Position numbers and translations under genes: made by a program. From Syntrophaceae bacterium (GTDB taxonomy: Bacteria; Desulfobacterota; Desulfomonilia; UBA1062): DNA of 64,000 bases. The notes below the pieces were generated by a model. That model made no database searches and was not told the origin of the DNA. It worked only from the letters and a program-made list of their open reading frames with translations. This document shows positions 30,095 through 39,705 of this stretch, one piece after another (positions within the stretch are counted from its first letter, which is position 1; the number at the start of each line of letters is the position of its first letter). The stretch lies in assembly GCA_039680665.1 (NCBI GenBank), contig JBDKSM010000122.1, positions 6,832 to 70,831 of the forward strand, in the 5' to 3' direction.

Positions 30095-32095
30095 TTGAAG
30101 GAGGAGGCATTGGAAGATGTGCTCATGAAAGAATTGGCCATTCTGCGCAAGGTCAATCTGGCACTCTCCTATGCCCCGGATGTCGAGGCCGTGGCCGGCG
30201 CCATTCTGGACATCGTCATCGACGAGACCGTGGCCGAGAACGCCTCTTTAATGATGCCTTCCTCCGACGGCAAAAGCTTGGAAATCAGGGCCGCCAAAGG
30301 CATCGGCGATGAGATATCGCGCTATTCCGAAAAATCGCTCGGTCAGACCTTCCCCATCGGCGAAGGCATCGCGGGCCTGGTGGCCCAGACCCTGGAGCCT
30401 ATTATCATCAAGGACGCCATGAACGAACCCATGGTGCAGCTCAGGGACATGAAGGTCAAGATCGGCTCCATGATGAGCCTGCCGTTGGCCTACGGCAGGG
30501 GCGAGCTCGTCGGCGTCCTGCACCTGAGCCATTCCAAGCGCGGGGCCTTCACGCGCGAGGATCTGGCCCTCATGAACATGCTCCTGGCGCCCGCGGCCCT
30601 GGCCTTGCGCAATGTCAGGCTCATGCGCGACGTCGAGGACATGAACCGTACGCTCAAGGAAGAGCTCTGCATGACGGACCGGGCCCTGGAAGAGTTCGGC
30701 AAGCATGCCATCAAGGTCTTCAACTACATGTCCATCGGCGTGCTCACCACCGACCCCGGCGGATTTATCACCACCATGAACCGCAAGGCGGTCGAGTTGC
30801 TCGGACTGGGCACGGGCGATACTATCGCCGGGATCATCGGTCCGGAGGTCATCAAGCGTTTTGCCATCGATATGCCCGAGATCGTCATGGATAGGCCACT
30901 GGGCAAGCGCGTACTCAATCTGGAGCTTTCGGTGCTGCCGGTCAAGCCCAGCCTGCAGGTGCTGGTCTGCGTACGGGACGTGACCCTGGAGCGCTTCAAG
31001 GAACGCGATCTCATGCGGGTCCAGGATCAGTACCGCGATCTGATCGAGAACGCCATCGACGCCATGTACATCTTGCGCGACGGCCGGTTCATGCTCATCA
31101 ACAAGAAACTGCAGGACCTCCTGGGCTATGAGGCCGAGGATCTGATCGACCGGCATATCCGGCATTTCCTGGTGCGGGAATCCATGCGCATCCTGGCTAC
31201 TGCGCTCAGACCCTCGCAGGAACATGTCTTCATCCCCAACCTGGAGATCCTGGCCAAGCGTAAAGACGGCCAGATCATCACCATCGAGATCTCGATCGGC
31301 AGGGTCATGGTCGGCCAGGACCAGTGCTATGTCGGGGTGGTCAGGGATATCACCAGCAAAAAGGAGCTCCTGGCCCTCAAAACGCGTTTTCTGCATGTGG
31401 CTTCGCATGAAATCAGGGTCCCCCTGACCGTGATCCGGGGGTATGCGCGCATGCTGGCCAAGGATGCCAAGGCGTGTTTGAACGAGGGCCAGCAGGACTG
31501 TGTGCAGGAGATCGAGAAGCACTGCGAGAAGCTCCTGAATTTCTCCAATGCCCTGCTCGACTTCGCGCGCATCAATTCAGGGCGCTTGACGCTGACCCGG
31601 CAAAAGGTGGACCTTGTCGATCTCATCCGCCATGTGACGCAGGACATGCAGATCAAGGCCGACGAAAAAGGGGTGGTGATCCATATTGAGGCCGAGGACT
31701 ATCGCCCTCAGGCCTATATCGACCCCTTAAGGATCGAGCAGGCCTTCAACAACATCATCGACAACGCCCTCAAGCATTCTCCCGAGCAAGGCGTGGTGAC
31801 GGTCAGACTCGCCATGGGATCCCAGGGTCCGGAGGGCATCCACAAGATTCTGAACCAGGAGTACGCGCAGATTTCCATACTCGATCAGGGGCCGGGGGTC
31901 AAACCGGAAGAGGCCAAGGACCTTTTCAACGAATTCTTCGTGGGCATGAGCGGCAAGTCCAAGCGCGGCATCGGGCTGGGCCTGGCTATCACCAAGGAGA
32001 TCATCCACGCGCATGGCGGCCGTATCGAGGCCATCCCTGCCGACACCGGCGGACTCTTTCAGATAACAATTCCCTTGAATAGCCACCCTGATTGA
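30095..32095 (+). CDS. Cytoplasmic sensor histidine kinase with GAF, two PAS, HisKA and HATPase_c domains.
   Basis: H-box HEIRVPLTVIRGY; N, G1 and G2 boxes (NALKHSP, DQGPGV, GIGLGLAI). Start uncertain: TTG at 30095, GTG at 30119 or ATG at 30125. Confidence 0.8.
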   Translation: MKEEALEDVLMKELAILRKVNLALSYAPDVEAVAGAILDIVIDETVAENASLMMPSSDGKSLEIRAAKGIGDEISRYSEKSLGQTFPIGEGIAGLVAQTLEPIIIKDAMNEPMVQLRDMKVKIGSMMSLPLAYGRGELVGVLHLSHSKRGAFTREDLALMNMLLAPAALALRNVRLMRDVEDMNRTLKEELCMTDRALEEFGKHAIKVFNYMSIGVLTTDPGGFITTMNRKAVELLGLGTGDTIAGIIGPEVIKRFAIDMPEIVMDRPLGKRVLNLELSVLPVKPSLQVLVCVRDVTLERFKERDLMRVQDQYRDLIENAIDAMYILRDGRFMLINKKLQDLLGYEAEDLIDRHIRHFLVRESMRILATALRPSQEHVFIPNLEILAKRKDGQIITIEISIGRVMVGQDQCYVGVVRDITSKKELLALKTRFLHVASHEIRVPLTVIRGYARMLAKDAKACLNEGQQDCVQEIEKHCEKLLNFSNALLDFARINSGRLTLTRQKVDLVDLIRHVTQDMQIKADEKGVVIHIEAEDYRPQAYIDPLRIEQAFNNIIDNALKHSPEQGVVTVRLAMGSQGPEGIHKILNQEYAQISILDQGPGVKPEEAKDLFNEFFVGMSGKSKRGIGLGLAITKEIIHAHGGRIEAIPADTGGLFQITIPLNSHPD

Positions 32096-32117
32096 TGTAT
32101 TTCAAAATGTTATTATA

Positions 32118-33554
32118 ATGGGAAGTTACATGGGGACCGAAAAGCTCAAAATCTTAGTGGTTGACGACGACGATAGTATCCGTGGCTATGTCGCTAGGCT
32201 CTTGTCCATGAGCGGCTTCGACGCGGTGACTTCCGCGAACGGCAGGGACGCACTTAATCAGATCAAAGCCCATCCGGACATATCTCTGGTCCTGCTCGAT
32301 ATCCTGATGCCTGAAATGGACGGACTCGAGACCCTGACCGAGATCAAGAAGACGGTTAAGGACATGCCGGTGATCATGCTCAGCGCTTTAGGGCAGACCA
32401 ATATCATCGTCAAGGCCATGAAGTCGGGCGCCAGCGATTATCTGGTCAAGCCGTTCGAGGAAGAGGAGCTGGAGCTGGCCATCGCCAAGTCCATCGAGAA
32501 GAAGCGCCTCCTGGCCGAGATCACGAGCCTGAAGAAGAAGCTCAGGGTCGATGAGCTCAAAGGCGAATTCATCTTCGCTTCGCCCAAGATGCAGAAGGTC
32601 AAGGATATCATCGAGCAGGTGGCCGACACGGACGTAAGCGTCCTGATCGAAGGGGAAAGCGGCACCGGCAAGGAACTCGTGGCGCGCTCGCTGCATTATC
32701 GTTCCAATCTCAAGGAAAAGCCCTTTATCAAGGTCAATTGCGCGGCCCTGCCGCATGAGCTTTTGGAGTCGGAGCTCTTCGGGTATGAACGCGGAGCCTT
32801 CACCGGCGCCTACAAGTCCAAGGCGGGCAAATTCGAACTGGCCAACAACGGTACGATCTTCTTGGATGAGATCGGCGAGATCGATATGGCCATCCAGTCC
32901 AAGCTGCTGCAGGTGCTGCAGGAGGGGAGCTTCTCCCGTCTGGGTGGCAAACAGGATGTACGGGTGAATGTGCGCGTGATCGCCGCCACCAACCGTGATC
33001 TCAGGAAGGCTATCGATGAAGGGCGCTTCCGCGAGGACATCTATTACCGGCTCAATGTCGTCAACATCCATATACCAGGATTGGGAGAACGGGTTGAGGA
33101 TATCCCCTACCTGTTTGAATATTTTCTTGAAACCTATAATGAAAAGTACGCCAAGCATATCAATCTGGACAAGGAAGAGGTTTATCCCCTCCTGCTTAGG
33201 TATCCCTGGCCGGGCAATGTGCGCGAGCTCAAGAACCTGGTAAAACGCATGGTGATCCTCGGCAATGTGGATGATCTCATGCGCTACTTATCCGAAGGCG
33301 CCGCGAACTCCATGGATCGGCATGATGGCAAGGATTACGCGCTCAGGAGCAGGGATGGTGGCGCTACGGCCGGAGATCTCCCGATCATGCCTTTGAAGGA
33401 TGTCGCCAAAGAGGCGTCCATCAAGGCCGAACGGGACATGATCCTGCGGGCGCTCAAGGGTACGAACTGGAACAAGAAGAAGGCCGCCGACATGCTGCAG
33501 ATCAGTTATAAGGCCCTTCTCTATAAAATTAAGGAGTGTGGGATAGAAAAATGA
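32118..33554 (+). CDS. Sigma-54-dependent response regulator (receiver, AAA+ sigma-54 activation and Fis-type HTH domains; NtrC family).
   Basis: Receiver domain VLLDILMP (phospho-acceptor Asp), AAA+ motifs GESGTGKELVARSLH, the GAFTGA motif, and a C-terminal HTH. Its stop overlaps the next start as ATGA. Confidence 0.85.
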   Translation: MGSYMGTEKLKILVVDDDDSIRGYVARLLSMSGFDAVTSANGRDALNQIKAHPDISLVLLDILMPEMDGLETLTEIKKTVKDMPVIMLSALGQTNIIVKAMKSGASDYLVKPFEEEELELAIAKSIEKKRLLAEITSLKKKLRVDELKGEFIFASPKMQKVKDIIEQVADTDVSVLIEGESGTGKELVARSLHYRSNLKEKPFIKVNCAALPHELLESELFGYERGAFTGAYKSKAGKFELANNGTIFLDEIGEIDMAIQSKLLQVLQEGSFSRLGGKQDVRVNVRVIAATNRDLRKAIDEGRFREDIYYRLNVVNIHIPGLGERVEDIPYLFEYFLETYNEKYAKHINLDKEEVYPLLLRYPWPGNVRELKNLVKRMVILGNVDDLMRYLSEGAANSMDRHDGKDYALRSRDGGATAGDLPIMPLKDVAKEASIKAERDMILRALKGTNWNKKKAADMLQISYKALLYKIKECGIEK

Positions 33555-34186
33555 AAAAGATATCCTTGATCCTGAGTATCTTTGTGCTTGTCCTGGCCTC
33601 GGCAACCTGTGCCGCCCCGGAAGGACCGATAGGAGATGCGAAGAAAGCCGCCGGCACCAAGGAGGCGCCGGCCGTCGCCGCGCCTGGGCCTCCCTCGGAG
33701 GTCGAGGGCGTCCCCTACCTGATCGGGTATTCGGACCTGCTGGAAATTTCGGTCTGGGGCGAAGCCGCACTCTCCCGGCAGGTGACCGTAAGAACCGATG
33801 GTTTCATTTCGCTGCCGCTGGTGGGTGATGTCGCCGCCGTGGGAAAATCGCCGGTCCAGCTGCAAAAGAACATCGAAGCCTCCCTGACGAGATTCATCAA
33901 GGATCCTCACTGCGCGGTCATCGTGGTTGAACCGCGCAGCAAGCGTTTCTATATGGAGGGCCAAGTCAACCGTCCGGGATTTTTCCTGCTTGACCGGGAC
34001 CTGAATCTTACCCAGGCCATCTCGCTGGCCGGCGGCTTTACGCAGTGGGCAGACAAGAACGGTATCGTCATCCTGCGCACCGTGGACGGCAGACAGATGC
34101 GCATCAAGGCCGATTACAGCAGAATCATGAAGGGTAAAGACAGGAACATAGCGGTTCGCGCGGGTGATACCATTATAATCCCGTGA
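33551..34186 (+). CDS. Periplasmic polysaccharide export protein (Poly_export plus SLBB domains; short EpsA/Wza-N type).
   Basis: Signal peptide, the PxYxIGxGDxL-like motif (YLIGYSDLLEISVWGE) and an SLBB region. Confidence 0.7.
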   Translation: MKKISLILSIFVLVLASATCAAPEGPIGDAKKAAGTKEAPAVAAPGPPSEVEGVPYLIGYSDLLEISVWGEAALSRQVTVRTDGFISLPLVGDVAAVGKSPVQLQKNIEASLTRFIKDPHCAVIVVEPRSKRFYMEGQVNRPGFFLLDRDLNLTQAISLAGGFTQWADKNGIVILRTVDGRQMRIKADYSRIMKGKDRNIAVRAGDTIIIP

Positions 34187-35643
34187 GACATATCTCCTCC
34201 TATGGATGCTGCATTCTGCTGGCGGTGCTGTGCTACGCCGGCGAGGCGTGGAGCGCTACGTGGGAATTTCACCCCGGCGTCTATGCTTCCTATCTTTACA
34301 CCGATAACTACGAAGGCACGGCCGAGGACAAGAAAAGCGAGAACATCTATGCCGTAGGCCCAAGCATGGCGTTATCCTGCACCACCCAACATTTCCAGTG
34401 GAGCGTGGTCGGGCATGTCGCCAAAAATTGGCATCAGGACCATGACGAAGACGACACGACCGAGGGCAGTGCCGCTACATATGCGCAAATCAATGGGCAG
34501 AAACAATCTCTGGGGCTTGCTTATAATTATCATGAAACCAGAGAACGTGAAACCCTGGACCAGCCCCTGGGAGTTTACCGCTACCATGTCGGGTCGCTGA
34601 CCTATAACCGGATCCTGTCGCCTGGCATATCTTTATCCATGGGATACAACCGGGGCATGGAGTATGCCCCCGATCCGGACGAAGATGTCGTATCCGACGG
34701 CGGGACAATCACTCTGAGCGATCAGGTGACACCCAAGACGTTGCTCGATCTTACCGCAGCATATAATATCTATCATTATGAGTTTAGTCCGAATGCCCAG
34801 GTTGCACAGGGCTCAATGCGATGGCTGTATACGATCTCCCCGAAGTTGAGACTGGGGCCGCAACTCAGCTTTGAACGCCATACCTACGATGAACCCGCAG
34901 ATCTGCCGGCGGAATATGCGGCGGAATATGCTGATGTATATGCTGAGGAATATACTGGTGAGACGGATGTGGATATCTATACGGCGGCAATTTTCATGGA
35001 CTACTCCTTTTCGCCTTATACCGTCATTACCGCCTCGGCCGGAGGAAGCTGGCTGGAACCCGAGGATGAAAAGAGCCAGTATACGACAAACGGGCGGTTG
35101 GTATTCAACCGGAATACTCGCGAAAACAATATCATGGCAGAGTTCTTCCATGGGTATGCGTACGAGTATGATTCCCAACATGACTATGAGATTTATCAGA
35201 CCACCATGGTTGACACGTCGTGGGATCATTTCTTCACCCCGTCCGTTTTGAGCACCTTGGGCTATCAGGTTACCTTGCGGACATCGACCATGACGGAAGA
35301 AGACGAGGACAGCCGGGACTACACCTATCGGGTGGGCATGACGTACCGAACAGCTGTCGGTAAGGTTTTCGGCGGCATATCGGACCTCGTTTCAAACGAT
35401 GATGATTCCGGGAGTCTCGGCCCAACGGATTCCACCCCGTCATCGCAGGCGCACATGGTTCCCGCGGAAGCCGCCTTAACCCCATCGATATATGAATCCA
35501 TATCAAACTCCCCGCTGATAACCCATTGGCCGCGGGGGACATTCGAAGTCCGCGCCCTCTATGAACATCTTGAACATGCATATGAGGATTCAGATTCTAT
35601 CAGGGAAAACCGATACAGTATATCCATAGAGGTGCGCTATTGA
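34183..35643 (+). CDS. Predicted outer-membrane beta-barrel protein associated with the EPS export module (resembles exosortase/PEP-CTERM-locus outer-membrane proteins).
   Basis: Signal peptide, alternating amphipathic strands rich in Y/G/T/S/N, and a C-terminal aromatic residue (VRY). Lower GC than the flanking genes. Family assignment is inference. Confidence 0.45.
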   Translation: MRHISSYGCCILLAVLCYAGEAWSATWEFHPGVYASYLYTDNYEGTAEDKKSENIYAVGPSMALSCTTQHFQWSVVGHVAKNWHQDHDEDDTTEGSAATYAQINGQKQSLGLAYNYHETRERETLDQPLGVYRYHVGSLTYNRILSPGISLSMGYNRGMEYAPDPDEDVVSDGGTITLSDQVTPKTLLDLTAAYNIYHYEFSPNAQVAQGSMRWLYTISPKLRLGPQLSFERHTYDEPADLPAEYAAEYADVYAEEYTGETDVDIYTAAIFMDYSFSPYTVITASAGGSWLEPEDEKSQYTTNGRLVFNRNTRENNIMAEFFHGYAYEYDSQHDYEIYQTTMVDTSWDHFFTPSVLSTLGYQVTLRTSTMTEEDEDSRDYTYRVGMTYRTAVGKVFGGISDLVSNDDDSGSLGPTDSTPSSQAHMVPAEAALTPSIYESISNSPLITHWPRGTFEVRALYEHLEHAYEDSDSIRENRYSISIEVRY

Positions 35644-37178
35644 GTGAAGAAAAGAAGATCAATCTGGAAGACCTGCTCGATGTCGTCCAGAAGAAGTGGT
35701 ACTGGATCACTATACCTTTCTTCTTTTTCGTGTGTCTGGGCGCCTGGCTGTTCGTCGTCCTGCCGCGCGAATACGAGGCCACGACCGTCATCCTTATTCA
35801 GCCGCAGGAGATACCCCAGGCCTATGTCGTAGCCACGGTGAGTTCCGGCCTGGCGAACCGGGTCAGAACGTTGAGCCAGGAGGTCATGAGCCGGTCGAAT
35901 CTCGAGAAGATTATCCTGGAGATGGATCTGTACCGGAAGGAAAGGGCTCAAGGCATGCCCATGGACATTTTAGTGGCGGGGATGCGTAAGCATATCGTTT
36001 TAGATGTATCCGGAGGAGGCGGGGGTTCCAGCATCAGTTCCTTTACCCTGGGATTCAGGGGCAGAGAACCCAAGCAGTTGGCGGACGTAACCAATCGTCT
36101 GGCCTCGCTCTTCATTCAAAGCAATTTATCGACCAGGGCCCGCCAGGCCTCCGAAACAACGGAATTCCTTGAAAAACAGCTTACTGATCTGCGGGGCCTG
36201 CTCGAAGGTTATGAGAAGAAAGTGCAGGAGTTCCGTAATTCTCATATGGGTGCTTTACCCGAGCAACTTCCAAGCAATACGGCGACGTTATCCAACCTCC
36301 AGAGCAACCTGGAAAGCGTGCAGAGGAGTTTGGCCGATGCCCGCAATCGCAAGATAATCATTCAAAACCAGCTCTCTCAATTTGAAGGCGGCACGCTCCA
36401 AATCAGAGCTCCCCAGAGAAGCCAGCGCCTTGCCGAGCTGCGGCAGCGGCTTCAGGATATGAAGGCCAACTATACACCGGAATATCCTGAGATCAAGCGC
36501 CTGCAAGAACAGATCAAGGAAATTGAAAACCAACCGCGAGAAGTTGTCCAGAGCTCAACCGATCCCCGGGTATTGGAGCTGCAAAGCCAGCTGCGTGCCA
36601 TAAGCACAGAGATCGCATCGCTGGAAAGCGATTCCAGTCGCATCAAGCAACGCATTAATTCGTATCAACAACGAGTGGAAAGTACACCGAAAACCGAACA
36701 GGAGATTACCACCCTGCTCAGAGATTACCAGATCACGAAGGATAATTATCAGAAGGTCCTGGATCGGCTCTACGAAGCCAGACGTGCCGAGAGTCTGGAA
36801 AAGCGCCAACAGGGCGAACAGTTCCGCATCCTCGATCTGGCCCAGGTGCCGCAAACCCCCGCGAGACCGAGACTCATACGCCTGGTTTTGGTTTTCCTGG
36901 TATTGGGGCTCGGGTCAGGGGGCGGGCTGCTGTTGATGATTGAACTTCTGGACAATACGGTCAAAGGGATACAGCAGGTGGAAGAGCTTTCCGGCAATAT
37001 CCCCTGCATCTCCGCCGTCCCGTTGGCCATGACCGAGGCAGACAAGAACCGCAGCCGCAGAAAGACCATGAACCTTATCGCGGCCAATATCCTGGTCGTG
37101 ATCCTGGGTTCGGTGATCGTGGTGGCTTCCAGGCTCGTGCATCTGACGGTCGAACCGCCTTTCAATCTGCCGTTTTAG
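35640..37178 (+). CDS. Polysaccharide chain-length determinant protein (Wzz/GumC-like PCP-2a without a kinase domain).
   Basis: N-terminal TM helix after the Wzz motif, a long coiled-coil periplasmic region, a Pro/Gly-rich segment and a second TM helix. TTG start overlapping the upstream stop. Confidence 0.7.
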   Translation: MSEEKKINLEDLLDVVQKKWYWITIPFFFFVCLGAWLFVVLPREYEATTVILIQPQEIPQAYVVATVSSGLANRVRTLSQEVMSRSNLEKIILEMDLYRKERAQGMPMDILVAGMRKHIVLDVSGGGGGSSISSFTLGFRGREPKQLADVTNRLASLFIQSNLSTRARQASETTEFLEKQLTDLRGLLEGYEKKVQEFRNSHMGALPEQLPSNTATLSNLQSNLESVQRSLADARNRKIIIQNQLSQFEGGTLQIRAPQRSQRLAELRQRLQDMKANYTPEYPEIKRLQEQIKEIENQPREVVQSSTDPRVLELQSQLRAISTEIASLESDSSRIKQRINSYQQRVESTPKTEQEITTLLRDYQITKDNYQKVLDRLYEARRAESLEKRQQGEQFRILDLAQVPQTPARPRLIRLVLVFLVLGLGSGGGLLLMIELLDNTVKGIQQVEELSGNIPCISAVPLAMTEADKNRSRRKTMNLIAANILVVILGSVIVVASRLVHLTVEPPFNLPF

Positions 37179-37187
37179 GGGAATGCG

Positions 37188-38768
37188 ATGTATACTGAGT
37201 TTTTCGGACTCAAGATCAAACCTTTTACCATAACCCCGGACCCACGCTTTCTCTACATGAGCCAGGTGCATAAGGAAGCCCTGGCGCATCTGGTATACGG
37301 CGTGCGCGAGAAAAGCGGCTTCGTGGTCATTACGGGTGATGTCGGCACCGGCAAGACCACGTTGCTCAATGCCCTGCTGCAGAAACTACCCCCCGGCATG
37401 CCTAAGGTGGTGATCAAGAACCCCAATGTCAAACAGGAAAACATCTATTTCCTGCTGGGCGAGGCCATCGGACTGCCGGACGAGAATCGCGCGCGCGATT
37501 ATCTCAATCTGTACGAGAGCCGGCTCAAGGAGATCGGCGGCGCGGCCCTGATCGTGGACGAGGCGCAGGGGTTGTCGATCGAGATGCTGGAGGAGATTCG
37601 TCTGCTCTCCAACCTTGAAACCCCCAATGAGAAACTGGTGCACATCATCCTGCTCGGCCAGCCGGAGCTCAATGCCACGCTGCGCAGTCCGAATCTGCGC
37701 CAGCTCAAACAGCGCATCGGTGTGAAATTCACCATATCACCGCTTTCCCAGGCCGAGACCATGGAGTACATCAAACACCGCCTGAGGGTGGCGGGTTACG
37801 AGCCCATGGAGAGGCCGATATTTTCTCCGGCCGCCATGCAGGTCATCTATCAGCGCACCAGGGGGTATCCCCGAGTCATCAACATCCTCTGCGACAATGC
37901 CATGCTGGCCGCTTATACCGAAGATACCCGCGAGGTGACGCCGCGCATCATCAAACAGGTGGCCAGCGAAATCGAGGGCACCTATGTCCAGGGATCGCGC
38001 ATCCCCCTGCCCAAGGCCGGGATAGTTGCCGCGGCCGTCATCGCCGTTGCGGCGGGGGCGGCGCTCTGGTATGGGCTCTCACGCGACACGGACAGACCTC
38101 AGCCGCCTCCCGTGATTGAGCGCTCAGCTCAGAATGCGCCTGAGAAAATAATCCCCGTAGCACCCCCTCCGGCGGTGGTCATGACGCCCAAGGCGCCGAA
38201 GGCGGTGCCGTCGGCACCGTTCCAGACCGGTCTGGAGATACCGCCGTCCCAGACAGCGGCAGCGAAAAATGCCCCCGCCGCCACGATGGACACGGCGCCT
38301 CCCGCGGCCGCTTCACTTCCGCCAATGCTTACGCAAACCCAATCGCTGGGCGGATACGTGAAAGCCAGGGAAGGAGATTCCCTGGCATCGCTGACCATCC
38401 GCCATTACGGACGCATCGACGGCGACCTTCTCAAGTCCGTGCGGGAAGCAAACGCCGATGTGGGCAACCTGGAAAGGCTTTCCAAAGGCCAGAGGATCTT
38501 TATGCCCGATATCTCCAAGGGCGAGATCTTCAGCGTCGGTATAGCCTGGTATCATTCCGAGCCCGAGGCCATGGCCGTGACAGGCGATCTGAAAGCGGCC
38601 GGCTATGATCCGGCCGTATACCCGTTGTTGGATCCTCAGAAACGCCTGTGGTTCATGGTCGCCCTTGGGCGCTTCGCCACGCGTGAAGAGGCCGGCAAGC
38701 GTGCTCAGGAGCTCAACGGCAAGGGATTCCTGTACGCCAAAACAATCAAGATCAGCATGGGGAACTAG
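37188..38768 (+). CDS. ExeA/GspA-like AAA ATPase with C-terminal LysM-like and SPOR (peptidoglycan-binding) domains.
   Basis: N-terminus FGLKIKPFTITPDPRFLYMSQVHKEALAHL plus Walker A GDVGTGKTT, typical of the ExeA family. C-terminal SPOR-like block with GRFATREEA. Confidence 0.75.
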   Translation: MYTEFFGLKIKPFTITPDPRFLYMSQVHKEALAHLVYGVREKSGFVVITGDVGTGKTTLLNALLQKLPPGMPKVVIKNPNVKQENIYFLLGEAIGLPDENRARDYLNLYESRLKEIGGAALIVDEAQGLSIEMLEEIRLLSNLETPNEKLVHIILLGQPELNATLRSPNLRQLKQRIGVKFTISPLSQAETMEYIKHRLRVAGYEPMERPIFSPAAMQVIYQRTRGYPRVINILCDNAMLAAYTEDTREVTPRIIKQVASEIEGTYVQGSRIPLPKAGIVAAAVIAVAAGAALWYGLSRDTDRPQPPPVIERSAQNAPEKIIPVAPPPAVVMTPKAPKAVPSAPFQTGLEIPPSQTAAAKNAPAATMDTAPPAAASLPPMLTQTQSLGGYVKAREGDSLASLTIRHYGRIDGDLLKSVREANADVGNLERLSKGQRIFMPDISKGEIFSVGIAWYHSEPEAMAVTGDLKAAGYDPAVYPLLDPQKRLWFMVALGRFATREEAGKRAQELNGKGFLYAKTIKISMGN

Positions 38769-39539
38769 ATGGTCGACATATCCAAGGCATTCGAGAAAGA
38801 ACATTTTGAAAAAGAGAACCTTGCACCCACCGAGGCAGGTATTACCGGAGTCCTGGACGACCACCTGTATATGTATCACATGCCCTATTCCTATACCGCC
38901 GAGCAGATTCGCAAGATCCGTACCCACATTTTCCATATGCCCAACGGCAATCGCAAGCGTATCATCATGGTCACAAGCGCCCTGCCTTCCGAAGGCAAGT
39001 CCTTGATCGCCTCCAATCTGGCCATCGCCATCGCCAAGGGCGAAGACCAGCATGTGCTCTTGGTGGAATGCGACCTACGGCGACCCGCCCTGCATGAGCT
39101 CTTCCATTACCCGCCTACGCCGGGTTTGAGCGAGATCATCCAGGGCAAGCGCAGCATCGCGGATTGCCTGATCAAAACCCCTATCGACAAGCTCACGATC
39201 CTGTCATCGGCCAAAGAGGCGCCCGCCAATCCCTCCGAGCTCCTGGAATCGAAAAGTTTGGGCGTCCTTATCGACGAACTGGCGCAGCGTTACCCGGACC
39301 GCTTTGTCATCATCGACACCCCGCCCGTCCAGGCCACGGTTGATCCCAAAATTATCGCCGACCATGTGGAGGGCATAATCTTCATTGCCCGCTACCGCTA
39401 CACCCGCGCCAGCGATTTAAAGATGTCGCTCAATACATTGCCGCGCGAGAAGATCATAGGGATCGTGCTGAATGCCGTGGATGTCATGCCGGCGCAGAAG
39501 TTCAAATATCGCAAGTACAGCTATCATAAGTATTATTAG
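38769..39539 (+). CDS. BY-kinase (CpsD/CapB-family tyrosine autokinase, cytoplasmic type).
   Basis: Walker A' SALPSEGKSLIASNLA and Walker B VIIDTPP. C-terminal Tyr cluster (YRKYSYHKYY). Confidence 0.75.
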   Translation: MVDISKAFEKEHFEKENLAPTEAGITGVLDDHLYMYHMPYSYTAEQIRKIRTHIFHMPNGNRKRIIMVTSALPSEGKSLIASNLAIAIAKGEDQHVLLVECDLRRPALHELFHYPPTPGLSEIIQGKRSIADCLIKTPIDKLTILSSAKEAPANPSELLESKSLGVLIDELAQRYPDRFVIIDTPPVQATVDPKIIADHVEGIIFIARYRYTRASDLKMSLNTLPREKIIGIVLNAVDVMPAQKFKYRKYSYHKYY

Positions 39540-39550
39540 AAGACAGATTC

Positions 39551-39576
39551 TTAAGTTTTAAGTGTTAAGTTTTAAG
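39551..39576. repeat. Inverted copy (about 1.9 units) of the 14-bp repeat: TTAAGTTTTAAGTGTTAAGTTTTAAG.
   Basis: It is the reverse complement of CTTAAAACTTAACACTTAAAACTTAA. Together with 39676-39704 it forms a near-perfect inverted pair around a 99-bp core. Confidence 0.9.
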
Positions 39577-39675
39577 CAAAAGCTGGATTATTGGCGGCAT
39601 GGTGTCCCTGTACAGTTTCCTCACTGGGCTTACCTGAATTTCGATCAGCCCTGGTGAATCCGGTCCCTGTATTTG

Positions 39676-39704
39676 CTTAACACTTAAAACTTAACACTTA
39701 AAAC
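39676..39704. repeat. Direct copy (2 units) of the 14-bp repeat, CTTAACACTTAAAACTTAACACTTAAAAC, ending 1 nt before the comF-like start codon.
   Basis: A 32-bp identity (CTTAACACTTAAAACTTAACACTTAAAACTAT) with 19409-19440. Confidence 0.9.
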
Positions 39705-39705
39705 T

